Source: Chrysochromulina tobinii
Taxonomy: Eukaryota
Direction of reading: 5' to 3'
Length of the DNA stretch: 63,380 nt
Assembly (NCBI GenBank): GCA_001275005.1
Contig: JWZX01003286.1
Coordinates: 1 to 63,380 of the forward strand
The notes under the pieces: generated by a model
What the model was told of the DNA's origin: nothing
What the model saw: the letters and a program-made list of their open reading frames with translations, nothing else
Databases searched by the model: none
Program-made: the position numbers and the translations under genes
Shown: one piece after another, positions 12,602 to 23,538 of the stretch
How the letters are laid out: every line of letters starts with the position of its first letter
How positions within the stretch are numbered: position 1 is the first letter of the stretch

Positions 12602-14206
12602 CTAGAGGGCGCGGGCAGCGTGAAGACGCATACGGTCTTCGAAGTCACCAAGGATCGCCTCCCAATCCCTCTCCATGTCGACGGCAAACCGCCGAGGGCT
12701 CGGGAGCACAGGGAGAGGCGGCAAAGATGACGGCGGCGCCATCGTTTTGAGGCCCAGATGAGGCACCATGTGAGTTAGCAGATGAGGAGCCTTGGCACTC
12801 AGCACTGGTTTCGCTGCCCCTTGGCCATGGAGCATGGCGGCTCGCTGGTGCCGTATTATCCTCTGGCGGGTGGTGGCTTTGAACGGCGCTTGTAAGTCGA
12901 CTTCGTGTGCATGCGAGGGCCGCATGTACCAGGTGTCTCGCTCCTGATACGGCCTCGGCGAGACTGCAGGCATACGGGGGAGACGCTTGGTGACGGCCAC
13001 CATGGGCAGCCTTTCGTCCTCATGTGACTGTGACTTTTCTTTAGGAGGCAGCTCCCTTCGCACCCTGCGCCCTTGGATGCCGGCGCGGGCGCGGGCCGTG
13101 ATGAGCTTCGCGGCCTTCCTTCGCTTTTCGACCTTACGCGCCCCGAATTTCCGCCGTCCATGAGCCTGGATCCGCGTGGCTGCCTTTTGGCGCTCCACCG
13201 CTTGGGCGTGGCGCTTGGCGCGGCGGCTCTTGGACTTCCGAGATTTGCGCTCGGACTTATCTGACGTGAGGGCCGGGTCGAATGTGACCGAGTCGAGCGA
13301 GCAGAGCTTGCCGCCCGCTTCGAAGCAGCTCGCCAGCAGGCGACGCAGAAACTCGGCGTATACGGCAGCGTCGATGATCGGTGTCCACAGGTCAGCTAGC
13401 TCGAAGAGACTTGCGAAGAAGACTTCCTGCGGCATGCCACCGCTCCTCTCGCTGTCGCCGAGGTCCTCTATCCAATCCTCCGCGACCGTCGCCTTCGCCT
13501 CGTCGTAATTCCACGTGTCAAGGAGGAGCTTGTGGAATCGAAGGAAGATGATCTCGTACCCCTCTCGCCGGAGCACGGGCTCTGCCGCGTCTTCCGTGAG
13601 GAGCCCGTTCGCTTTAACCGCCGCCCACCACGCGTGCAGTGCCGCACGCACGCTCTCGTCAGACTTGAGGTGGTGGCGCACCTTCAAGTTCTCCGCAGTT
13701 GAGAGGTCCACGTCTCCCTGCTGCCAGAATTCCACAGCGTTGAGCTCGGCCTCGGAGGAGGCTTGCACCACAACGCGCCCTGCGGCTATTTTGGCGCGGA
13801 GCTCCTCTTGCGTCGTCTCGATCCGCTTGTCTCCGACCACCCTCGCTACTTGGGCTCGGGTCAAGACCCCGACTTTGAGCTTGTGCAAATATCCGGCGTG
13901 CTGCTGATGGCCATCGCAAAGCGCAGCGTCGATCGCCTTGGCAAAGCAGTTGGACACGGCCAGCTGCAGCCTCACCGTCTTCGATACGCGGGACCAGAGG
14001 AGCCGTGGACTTCGTAGGTGTGTCTTTCCGGGCTGGGCCGAAGTCTCCCCAGTCTCCGTCGGAGCCGCGCCGAACCTGACGCGGAACCTGACGCCGCCCT
14101 CCATGCAACCGCTTTCGAGGATGTCGTCCTCTAGTCTCTTCGCCGCGAAGCGCACAATCAGAAAGCCGCACCTCTGTGAATCAGACTTCGGACTGTGAAC
14201 ATACAC
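12602..14206 (-). CDS. Hypothetical protein with an IQ-like calmodulin-binding motif
   Basis: 534-aa ORF. Globular core (EAKATVAEDWIED...FFASLFELADLWT) and AATRIQAHGRRKFGARK. Start uncertain. Confidence 0.65.
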   Translation of the reverse strand: MYVHSPKSDSQRCGFLIVRFAAKRLEDDILESGCMEGGVRFRVRFGAAPTETGETSAQPGKTHLRSPRLLWSRVSKTVRLQLAVSNCFAKAIDAALCDGHQQHAGYLHKLKVGVLTRAQVARVVGDKRIETTQEELRAKIAAGRVVVQASSEAELNAVEFWQQGDVDLSTAENLKVRHHLKSDESVRAALHAWWAAVKANGLLTEDAAEPVLRREGYEIIFLRFHKLLLDTWNYDEAKATVAEDWIEDLGDSERSGGMPQEVFFASLFELADLWTPIIDAAVYAEFLRRLLASCFEAGGKLCSLDSVTFDPALTSDKSERKSRKSKSRRAKRHAQAVERQKAATRIQAHGRRKFGARKVEKRRKAAKLITARARAGIQGRRVRRELPPKEKSQSHEDERLPMVAVTKRLPRMPAVSPRPYQERDTWYMRPSHAHEVDLQAPFKATTRQRIIRHQRAAMLHGQGAAKPVLSAKAPHLLTHMVPHLGLKTMAPPSSLPPLPVLPSPRRFAVDMERDWEAILGDFEDRMRLHAARAL

Positions 14207-14556
14207 ACAACTCAGGTTGTAGCGCTAAGGAAAACAAGACCTCGCCCATCCACCACTGCGCACTCTGGTCCCGCCTCTCGGGTTCCGCACTCCCCTGCGT
14301 CCCTGTCCGCGGTCTGGAGGACTCTCGGCTACTCATCGGCACTGCCGCTGGTCGCCTGGTCCGTGGTCCCGTAACGGTCCCATGGTTATCTCTGGTCCCG
14401 GTATGAGTAGTGTACCGCCCCCCCCCCCCATTTGGAGCGTGGCCTGATGAGATCCCTCAGCCGACCTATCGGGCAGCTTTCACCGCAGCTCACGCACGCG
14501 CCGCCATAACATGCAAACAATCAGAGTGCTCCCCTCCATGGGCACATTTCATTAAG

Positions 14557-17500
14557 TCAAGCGCCTGCGCGAGCGCATGCACAGCTCACCTCAATGGGCA
14601 CGTCCGCCGTCTTGAGCGCGTTTCTCAGCTTCTCCTCCACGGCCGCTAAGCGCGGATTGGAAGTCGCCCCCCGGCTTACGGCACCCGCACCGACTCGCGA
14701 CCGAAGGCAGTTACGCATGCCAGCCAGAGCCCATGGGTTGTCGGGGAAGAGCTGCAAGTCTTCTTCGTAGACCTTGAGCGCGCGGTCGTAGAGTCCTTGC
14801 TCGGTCAGCAACGCCCCGAGCGTCTGGCGCACCTGATGAGGGAGGGCCATGTGGTCCAACCAGATGCACACAGGAGGGGCATATGATGCAATCCGGATGC
14901 ACTCCGGAGGGCCGCGAGCGTCTGGCGCACCTTAGGAATCATCATATGGCAATCCGTCGCGCAATCCGTCGCAATCAGTCCTCATTACCGACATCAGCCA
15001 TCCGTGCGGCTCGTCATACGGCAGGGCATCAAAGAGGCCAATGCCCCCTTCGAGGGCGCCAAATGCGTCTTCGAAGCTCGGCTCCTCCGCTGCCTCGCTG
15101 TGATTCACACCAAAGTAGCCCGCTGCGCGCAACTCAGCTTCGTCGAAGCCCTGTGGACGAGTGGAGACGATCAGAGGCCAGATAAGTGGCCAGCAGAGGC
15201 CATCAGAGGCCATCAGAGGCCATCAGAGGCCATCAGAGGCCATCAGAGGGGTCGTCGAAGGCCATCAGAGGGGTCGTCGAGGAGGCGCACCGCCAAACGT
15301 GCCTCCTCGAGTGGCACTCGCGCGCCCAAGAAGACGCGAGCGGAGTAGCCGGCCTGCTTGAGGTCATCGTCCGAGTAGCCGTTGGCACGATCCTCGAGAA
15401 GAGAGGCTATCTGGCGCGCCGAGATCTCCGCGGCACGATAGAGCAGCTCACCTTCGAGGGCGCAAACAAAGGGCGAATTAGGTCAATCAGAGGCAATCAG
15501 AGGGCTGATTAGGGCAATCAGAGGCAATCAGAGGCAATTAGGTCAATCAGAGGCGATTAGGTCAATCAGAGGCAATCAGAGGCGATCAGAGGCAATCAGA
15601 GGCAATCAGCTGACCTTCGAGCACGCGCTCCGCAATCGCCGCCATCTGGGTCAGGTCCACATTGTGGTGCTTGCGATCCCCGAACCGGATGGCTGCATTG
15701 CATGCAAGGAACCTTTGCTGCTCCACCTTGGCCTCGGCGAGCGTGTGTGCCAGGGTGGAGCAGCAACTCGGCATCGCCGGCTCCGCGCGCCCTTGTATGG
15801 CAGGTGACTTGGGATCCGCCTTTCTTTTTATGGAAGCGAGTCCCGTCCTCCGTCCCGCCAACACACCATGCGCGAGCCCACGCGCGAAGTGCGAGAAGAG
15901 CGTCTTGGTCACGTAGAGCGAGGGGTCGGTTGGCAGCGGCATGGCGAGGACCTCTTCCCAACAACCAAATCGCACGAGCACCATCAACGGCACGGCGGCG
16001 TACGCTTCAAAGAAGGTGGCGAGCATAGGGTGTGAACGGAGCCGCGCCTCTGTGAACAATTTGTCGATCTCGGCCGCCGCCTCGCGCGCCGTCGCCTGGT
16101 TGCCCGCGTACCTGATGAGGGAATCCAACCCACGCGCTCGATGAGGGAGGCAATCCCGTGCAATCCGAGGGCCCTAATGAGGGAGGCAATCCCGAGCAAT
16201 CCGAGGGCCCTCCGCCCACGTACATGGCCGCCCACACGCAGAATTCGAGGTTGTGCACCAAGTAGCCCGTGTAGATCGAGAAGCGCTCGGGAGAGCGCGC
16301 GAGTAGCGCGAGGTCGGCCTTGTACCTGATGAGGGAGGGCAATCGCTGACCATCCATGGCAATCAGTAGTCATCAGTGCGCGAGCAGCCAAGGTTGGTCT
16401 TGTACCCGAGGACGTTACAGCGCATCGCCATCAGTGGCCATCAGTGGCCATCATTGGTCTCAATGCCTTGTACCCGAGGACGTTACAGCGCATCGCTTGC
16501 TCATAGTTGCCCACTTGGATGTCCAGATGGGTGGGCATGTGCACCAGGTGCCCTGCACCGGTAGCGTCTCCACGACGGACGACTTCGGCCGCACGCCAAT
16601 CAAAGGCGCTCACCTGCAATCAGCCGGGGGGTCAGTCAGCGGGGTCAGTCCATGTGGCAATCAGTCCCATTCAAAGGCGCTCACCTGCAATCAGCCGAGG
16701 GTCAGCCGGGGGCAGTCAATGTGGCAGTCAGTCCCATTCAAAGGCGCTCACCGGCCCCATCTCGTTCAGATGGATCTTGAGGTGGCAGAGCCAGACGTGC
16801 TCGAGACATGCGCCAAGGCCGCGGTCGATGGCGTCCTTCGCGCGCAGTCCAATCGGCTTGAGCTTCTTGTCCGCAGAGTACCTAGCGGACAGGTGCACAG
16901 AGAGGTCATCAGGGGTCATCAGGGGTCATCAGGGGTCATCAGGGGTCATCAGGGGTCATCAGAGGTCATCAGAGGCCATCAGAGGCCATCAGAGGCCATC
17001 TGCCCGCAGAGAGGCACTCAGGGCAGAAGAAGACCGGTGAGGGTTCGTCACGCCGGCTGTGTACCAGTTAGGCGTCGCCACGCCAGCGTTCTTCGTGTAC
17101 AGATCCCAAGGGGCCAGGCACATGCAGGCCTCTGCATAAATGGCCTGCACGTCCGCATCGCGCGGGTACGCGTCGGCCACTTGCGCCATCGCGGCCATGT
17201 AGCGCTCCTGTAGTTGCGGCGTCGTATCGAGCGGCGGGTACTCGTACCGCGTGGCGAGAGCCTCAATGAGTGCTCGCTCGCGCGCTGTGCACGGCTTGCC
17301 ACCATCAAGGAGCGCGAGCGCGGTCTGGATCGCCTTGACGGCCACATTGAGGCTCGGGTAGCCCTCGGGCTGCGCGGCGACCGCGAAGTAGCCCGACTGC
17401 GCGCTGAAATTGTAGTCGGGACCGTGGGCAAGTGCCAGGCCCCAGTGCCCCATGGCGCAGTCCGCGTCTGCCACGATCGCACTTGAGAAGCAGAAAGCCG

Positions 17501-17762
17501 CCTCCTCGCGGTGAAAACCCGCGAGCCACACCCAGCCACGGTCAAACCAGCGCTGCGCCACGGCCGAAGACGTGCTCACCGGCTGGTGGTAGGCTCCGAG
17601 CTTGGCAGCGTAGCCGTCCAGCGGTGGAAGATCGGGATTGAGCATCTCGGCAATTGCACGAATCGGGTCGGCTGGCCGCGAGGCGAGCACGCGGTTGATG
17701 GCCTCCTTGATGGCAGCCTCGACATTGTGCGCGGACAGGTACGCGCGCGCGTCCGCCGGCAT
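14557..17762 (-). CDS. TPR-like protein (bacterial/fungal-type family) with an N-terminal Dpy-30/RIIa-like docking motif; ~8 exons
   Basis: AQRWFDRGWVWLAGFHREEAAFCF, HWGLALAHGPDYN, AGHLVHMPTHLDIQVGNYEQA, YDEPHGWLMS|VRQTLGALL, PDNPWALAG. N-terminus YLSAHNVEAAIKEAINRVLASRPADPIRAIAEML. Introns include 17034-16882, 16751-16614 and 15614-15452. Confidence 0.8.
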
Positions 17763-17980
17763 CGATTCGATACTCTTCCGTGTATTCGAGTCGTGAGCGC
17801 TCGCTTCGCCCCCCATATCAGCGGCGGCTTCGCCTTCGTGGGGCACAGTCGTGGTTCGTCAAAATCCAAAGTTTTTGCACGGAAAACAAAAACAGGTGAC
17901 GGAACTCGAATGGCTCGAAGGGTCGAGACGTTTGTGAAGCCAGCCGCCTTGTGGCGGGCACACCGCTCACAGGCATTCAG

Positions 17981-18991
17981 TCACCTCCTTTGATTTTGAC
18001 GCAAAGCTGCACGCGATGCCGCCGTGGCCTTGCGAGAGGGCTTCAGAACAGCCCCATCAGAAAGCATCTGGGCACTTGCGCAGTCACTCAACTCAGTCCC
18101 ATGCTGTGCGTTGGAAGTCGGAAGGGTACTTGTGAGCGCGTCGGGGTTCACAAATGGCCCGCGCCGCGGTGCATGGGTCGCACGTGCGAGTGCGATCAGC
18201 CACTCGCGATTCCCATCCCCACCTGTAATGGGCGACTCCATCGAGCCAACAACGTTGCAGCCCTCCAACTCATTGGAGGCGAAGTCGACAACGCCCTCGA
18301 GTACGCGCAGCTGCAGATCCAAATCGCCGAGGACGCCCTTGCCCTTGTTGAGCGCCGACCGGCCCTCCTCGCCCAGCTGCGAACCCACTTCAAATTGCGG
18401 TTTGACGAGGGCGATGAGCCGAGCCCTTGGCGAAGCGGCATCCAGGAGCGGCCAGAGCGCCGGGAGGACAAGCAGCAAAGAGATAAAGCTGACATCGACG
18501 ACGATGGTCTCGTATGAGGCCAGCGGCAGCTGTTCGGCTTTCAGATGGCGAGCGTTGACTCCTTCGATCGATGCGAGCAAACGATCATCAGAAGCGAGCT
18601 TTGGGTGCAGCTGACCATGGCCGCAGTCAACACACACAGCTCTGGCGGCACCGGCGCTGAGCAGGCAGTCGGTGAAGCCGCCAGTCGAAGCACCGACGTC
18701 AAGGATCGTCGCGCCAGCCACGTCAACTTTAAATGTGTCTAGCGCTGCGCGAAGCTTCTCGCCCGATCTCGAGACGAAGCGTCCCGCAGCAGCACAACTG
18801 ACTCTCAGCTCTGCATCATCGTCACACACGAAGGCAGATTTTGTCACAACCACGCCATTCACGGCAACATGGCCAGCTAAAATTGCCGTCTTTGCCAGAG
18901 TGCGAGAGGCGCAGAGCCCGCGGGATACCAGCGCCGCGTCCAGCCTTTCGGCCACGGCTGTCGCGCAGAGAAGAAGGACTGCTCCCCTCAT
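17981..18991 (-). CDS. tlyA: TlyA-family rRNA 2'-O-methyltransferase (S4 + FtsJ domains), probably organelle-targeted
   Basis: ERLDAALVSRGLCASRTLAK, FVSRSGEKL, LDVGASTGGFTDCLL, DVSFISL, LVKPQFE, ESPITGGDGNRE. Confidence 0.92.
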   Translation of the reverse strand: MRGAVLLLCATAVAERLDAALVSRGLCASRTLAKTAILAGHVAVNGVVVTKSAFVCDDDAELRVSCAAAGRFVSRSGEKLRAALDTFKVDVAGATILDVGASTGGFTDCLLSAGAARAVCVDCGHGQLHPKLASDDRLLASIEGVNARHLKAEQLPLASYETIVVDVSFISLLLVLPALWPLLDAASPRARLIALVKPQFEVGSQLGEEGRSALNKGKGVLGDLDLQLRVLEGVVDFASNELEGCNVVGSMESPITGGDGNREWLIALARATHAPRRGPFVNPDALTSTLPTSNAQHGTELSDCASAQMLSDGAVLKPSRKATAASRAALRQNQRR

Positions 18992-19249
18992 CAAAACTCC
19001 TCGAGCGAACAGCAGTGCGCGACCACGACGACGCGGATTACCGGTACATTGCATGTTCCCTTTTTATGCTTTTATTGGTTTCATACATGGCCACATGAAT
19101 GCTCCGGGGGTCCCGCATGCGAGAGCGCACCTCCAAATCATTTTCGTCTATGAAACCTTCGAGAGCAGAGAGCACAGTAGCCGCACCGCGTCGGACGAAT
19201 CATCGAATCTCCTTAGGGCAGCCTTGCGGATAAGAGAACGAGAGACATT

Positions 19250-21579
19250 TCACCCATGCACTACGCCCGCCCTCACGAGCGAGCGCACCCACCCGTCGCC
19301 CGCAGGCCTGCTGTCCTCAATGGGCCCGTTGCGCAAGATGGCGGCGCACGGGCCGCAGACACGCCGCACCGCCGCGTCGTCCCAGCGAGCGTCCGACTCG
19401 CGCAGCGGTGCGCCCCACACATGACGCTGCCGGCGCACGGCCACGTGCCGGATCGGGTTCGCCAGTCGGGCCAGGGGAAGCCAACGCTCGCACAGCGCGC
19501 ACCTGATGAACGGGGCAATCAGCATGCAATCAGGGAGGCAATCAGCATGCAATCAGGTAGGCCAGGGGAAGCCAACGCTCGCACAGCGCGCACCTGATGA
19601 ACGGGGCAATCAGCATGCAATCAGGGAGGCAATCAGCATGCAATCAGGGAGGCCAGGGGGAGCCAACGCTCGCACAGCGCGCACTCATCAAACTCCCGCG
19701 CTCCTCTTCCAACCAGACTCCCCACAGGGTTCCCCACAGGGCTGGGGTCTCGGCGAGCTCCAATGACGCTCGGCACGGCGCCATCGCCGCTCGGCACGGC
19801 GCAATACGGGGATGGCGGCCGCGCCCTAAACGGGGATGGCGGCCGCACGGCGCTCCACGGGGATGACGGCCGGCACGCTGTCCCAGTGGTGCTCGAGACG
19901 GCGCTCGTAACGGCAGGCGTCCCGTAAGACTCCCCAGTGGCGCCCGGCACGGCGCCCGCGAAGGCGCTCGTAACGGCGCTCCACGGTCCAGACGTACCGG
20001 CACCCCTCGCACGACTGACGAAACTTGCCGAGGGCGCTCCAGTGCTGCGGTCGGTCGCGCGCTGTGTCGAGCGGCTCTCCGGCGTGCTGCTGCTGGCATG
20101 GGGCAGCGCCGCCCCAGCGCCGCCTGTAGCCGGAGCGCGGACTGCATGCAGAACCGGGGAGGCGTCGTCGCCACCCCAGCCGCCGCCGCCACCCCAGCCA
20201 TAGCCGCTACCAAAGCTGTCGCCGCCACCAAGGCTGTCGCCGCCACCAAAGCTGTCGCCGCCACCCCAGCCGCCGCCGCTGCCCCAGCCGCCGCTCTCCG
20301 CTCGAGGCGTGCACACCGCTTCTCGCGTCGGCGCGACGCGCGTGGACGCCGTCCCGGGCGTCTGCGCCGTCCCGGGCGTCTGCGCCGTCCCGGGCGTTCG
20401 CGCCGTCCCGGGCATGGGCGCCGTCCCGGGCATGGGCGCCATCCCGGGCACATGCGGCTCCTCCTCCCAGTACCGGCGACGAAGCCCGGAGATCGCTGCC
20501 AGATGATCCTCGCGACGAAGCCCGGAGATCGCTGCCAGATGATCCTCGAGCTGGGCGCCGTGCCGGGCGATCCCGAGGGAGTCGGCGAGCCCTGCCGCAA
20601 GGGCGCGCTCAGAGTCCGCGGGCGTGCGCGCGAACGGAGTCGCCCGGCACGGCGCCGCTATGCCAGCGAGGAGGGGGCCAGCGACCGCTCCGCCGCCGTG
20701 GACGGCTGCGGCGAGCAGCGGGCTGCCGTTGCAGCTGTTGCTCCGCTGGCGCCGCACCGCCGCCAGTAGGGCCGAAAGGCTGCCCTCGGCCGCCGCGTCG
20801 GCCCACGCCGCCACTGCCCGATCGGCAGCCGCCTCTGCCCAGGAAGCGAGCACCTCGCCCGTGTGGGCGACATGTTGGGCGACCTCGCCCTCGCCCTCAA
20901 CGCCCTTGATCTCCAAGCGCGCCCTGTCGACCGCCTGCTCAAAGGCATCGAGCGCCTGCCAGTGCACCTCCTCCTGCTCGCGCCGCTGCTGCCAGCTCGA
21001 CAGCCGCGCGGCTCGCATCGAAATCTCCGGAGTCGAGGTGGAGCGCAGCCACGGGCGCCACGGTGCGCCCTCCCGCTGGAGAGCGCTCTCGGTCACCGCG
21101 GCCCAGTACGCGCCGTGCTGAGCACCGAGTTCGTGCTCGAGCATCTGCACCCGCCAATGGCGCGCGGACGCGGGCCGAGCACTGGAGCCCGTCACGACGA
21201 AGCGCTCCCGACGACGTTGCTTGGGGCTCGTGGAGACTGCGGCCGAGGCTGCGGCACGTGCGCACGTCGGCGGCCAGGGATCGCGCTCAGCCTCTTCTGC
21301 GGAAGACCCGTCGCCGCGTCCTGCTTTTGCCGAATGGCGCGTGCCCAGGTGTGCAGCCACCCACGCCCGCGCGGTCGGCATCGAATACATTTTCTCCGCG
21401 TGCAGTGCAGAGCGGCATCCGCTCTGCGACATCTCAGCTCGTCCCACGAGGTATGCGTCCATGGTCGCGTGCCGCTGCCGTGCGAGGTCGGCGCGTTTGA
21501 TGTGATCCTCGTGTCGCGCGCGCCGAGCACTCTGAGACCCGCTCATTCTCGCCCGGTCCGGCTTCTGATCCTCTTGCAT
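19250..21579 (-). CDS. Low-complexity hypothetical protein with a C-terminal CxxC...CxxC motif; one intron 19684-19503
   Basis: Long ORF. Splicing joins ...REFDE|CALCERWLP...RRVCGPCAAIL. Confidence 0.55.
19468..19684 (-). repeat. Direct tandem 91-nt units (34-nt exon copy plus intron module) forming the 182-nt intron
   Basis: ggccagggg(a/g)agccaacgctcgcacagcgcgcac occurs 3x, separated by ctgatgaacggggcaatcagcatgcaatcagg modules. Confidence 0.9.
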
Positions 21580-22183
21580 GTGTAGAGCCACCCTTTTTCC
21601 GTTACGTGTGTGAATCATTCTGAGTGTGAATGAATGAGAGCCCTTAGGCCCTTTGTGTGAATCATTCTTTGCGTGGCGCACCCACGGCGCCGCCACCGGA
21701 GGGTCTGGCGACCAGAGTGCAGAGAATGGCCCCCCTGCAGAAGGGTTGAGGTTTACCTTCAGGTCCTCGCACGCCTCGGCGCCACGGCTCGGCGCGGTCT
21801 CGTCTCGATAGACTCAGAAGGACTAAATCAAGTACTACGTAGTTTTGTCATCTGTGTTGTGGCGTTGTGCAGTGGGTCTCGTGCGTCTTCACAGAATTGC
21901 GACGGGCGAGCCAACGTGTTCATTTACACAGAGCACACCGCACGCGAAGACCTCCCGAACCGTCCGTGGAACAAGGTCGCACACGCGAACTCCGAACACA
22001 CGGCACATCCATGTTGGCAGCACCTTTACAGTGCCGTACTGCACACGCATGGGGCGTGTGCGCGAGGCGCGACCGGGACCACTGAGAGGACCTCCGAGAG
22101 GCGCACGAGCGGCCGCGCTGCTCGTGCCAGCGTGCGATGGCAGCGGCCGGCGGCGCCATCGAGGGGCGCGCTCAGAATGGCGC

Positions 22184-23059
22184 TCAGAGCATGAACTTCG
22201 GCTTCGCGCCCCACGCCCCGCTCTTCCACAGAAGGTCTTGCGCCTTTTCGTACGCTCCGAAGAAGACGAACCCGCCGATCGTGATCCAGCCGAAGCGCGG
22301 GACGACGCCTGCGAAGAGCGCGCCGGCGCCGTCCTCGGCGACGATCGTGCGCAGGCCTCGGAGCGTGCCGAGCCCGCTGTAGAGCTCGCCCTCCTTCGTC
22401 TTTCGTCCGAGCATCATGCGCGTCTTGACCACGTCGAGCGGACACGTGGCGACGCCCGCAATGGCGCCGGAGAAGGAGCCGCACAGCGCACCCTGGGTGG
22501 GCGTTGTTTCGTGGCCCTGGGTGAAGGCCAACATGCGTTTGAGCCCTTCATACAGCGGGAACTGAATGAATGAGAACGGGATTTCCCGAGCGACGGTCGT
22601 CCAGTAGCCGATGAAGAAGGTCGAGATGCCCGACTCGGCAAAGATCTTGGGGACCGCCTCCCAAAATGTGGCGTATTGGCCGACCTGCATTCGCTGCGTC
22701 ACCACCTGTGTCGGCACGCGGACCAGGCACGCGGCCACCTCGCCGCAGCTCGCCGAGAAGGCGGGATGCAGACAGTGCTCCTTGCCGCCATTGAACGCCG
22801 CAAGCCGCGGCTTCATGCCCTCGTAGGCGGAGAAGAACATCGCCGCGCCCGGCGCCGCCCCGAGCGCAGTTGCCACCACGCCGCGGTACACGCCGCGAAA
22901 GCCGCCGTTCTTCCAGAAGCCACCCTCTGCTTGGAGCCGTGTCTTGAGCGTGTCGAGCGGAAACATGAAGACGTCGACTGAGGTGCCCGCGCAGCCGCCA
23001 GCGATAAGCGCGAGCGTGAAAGGCGGAGCGACCGCTCGCTCCTTCTCCGACTCGGCCAT
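22184..23059 (-). CDS. Mitochondrial carrier, S-adenosylmethionine carrier (SLC25A26/PET8-like)
   Basis: PLDTLKTRLQ, VPTQVVTQRMQ and PLDVVKTRMM carrier motifs; REIPFSFIQFPLYE; GGFVFFGAYE. Confidence 0.92.
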   Translation of the reverse strand: MAESEKERAVAPPFTLALIAGGCAGTSVDVFMFPLDTLKTRLQAEGGFWKNGGFRGVYRGVVATALGAAPGAAMFFSAYEGMKPRLAAFNGGKEHCLHPAFSASCGEVAACLVRVPTQVVTQRMQVGQYATFWEAVPKIFAESGISTFFIGYWTTVAREIPFSFIQFPLYEGLKRMLAFTQGHETTPTQGALCGSFSGAIAGVATCPLDVVKTRMMLGRKTKEGELYSGLGTLRGLRTIVAEDGAGALFAGVVPRFGWITIGGFVFFGAYEKAQDLLWKSGAWGAKPKFML

Positions 23060-23278
23060 GGATGCAATTCACGGAGCCTTGCGAAAAGGTCAGTTGAATC
23101 GACACACTCGAACGCTCGAGCGACGCGCTGCGCTGGTACCGTGCACCCACTCCAAACGGTGTATGCCGTGTTCATCCGATCTCGTGAAACTTAGTTTCCA
23201 CACCACTGTGACGGCGAGAGCGAGCGCAGAAGTCGCGAGCATGACGAGAGAGATTTTCCCATTAGACCATTATTAGAC

Positions 23279-23444
23279 CATCTGGCCGACTCAGATCGTC
23301 GACCGACACACGTAGACAAGACATTGACCGATTTTGACCGATACAGACGTCTACACATGATCATCTGGCCGACTCAGATCGTCGACCGACACACGTAGAC
23401 AAGACATTGACCGATTTTGACCGATACAGACGTCTACACATGAT
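23279..23444. repeat. Intergenic 83-nt tandem duplication
   Basis: catctggccgactcagatcg...cgtctacacatgat starts at 23279 and again at 23362. Confidence 0.9.
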
Positions 23445-23538
23445 TGCATGCTTGTGTTCATTACATGCCGTCACACTGGCATCGGGTGGCATGATGTTTA
23501 GGACACCCCGAGACAGTGGAACCGCGCCTATGGCCAGG

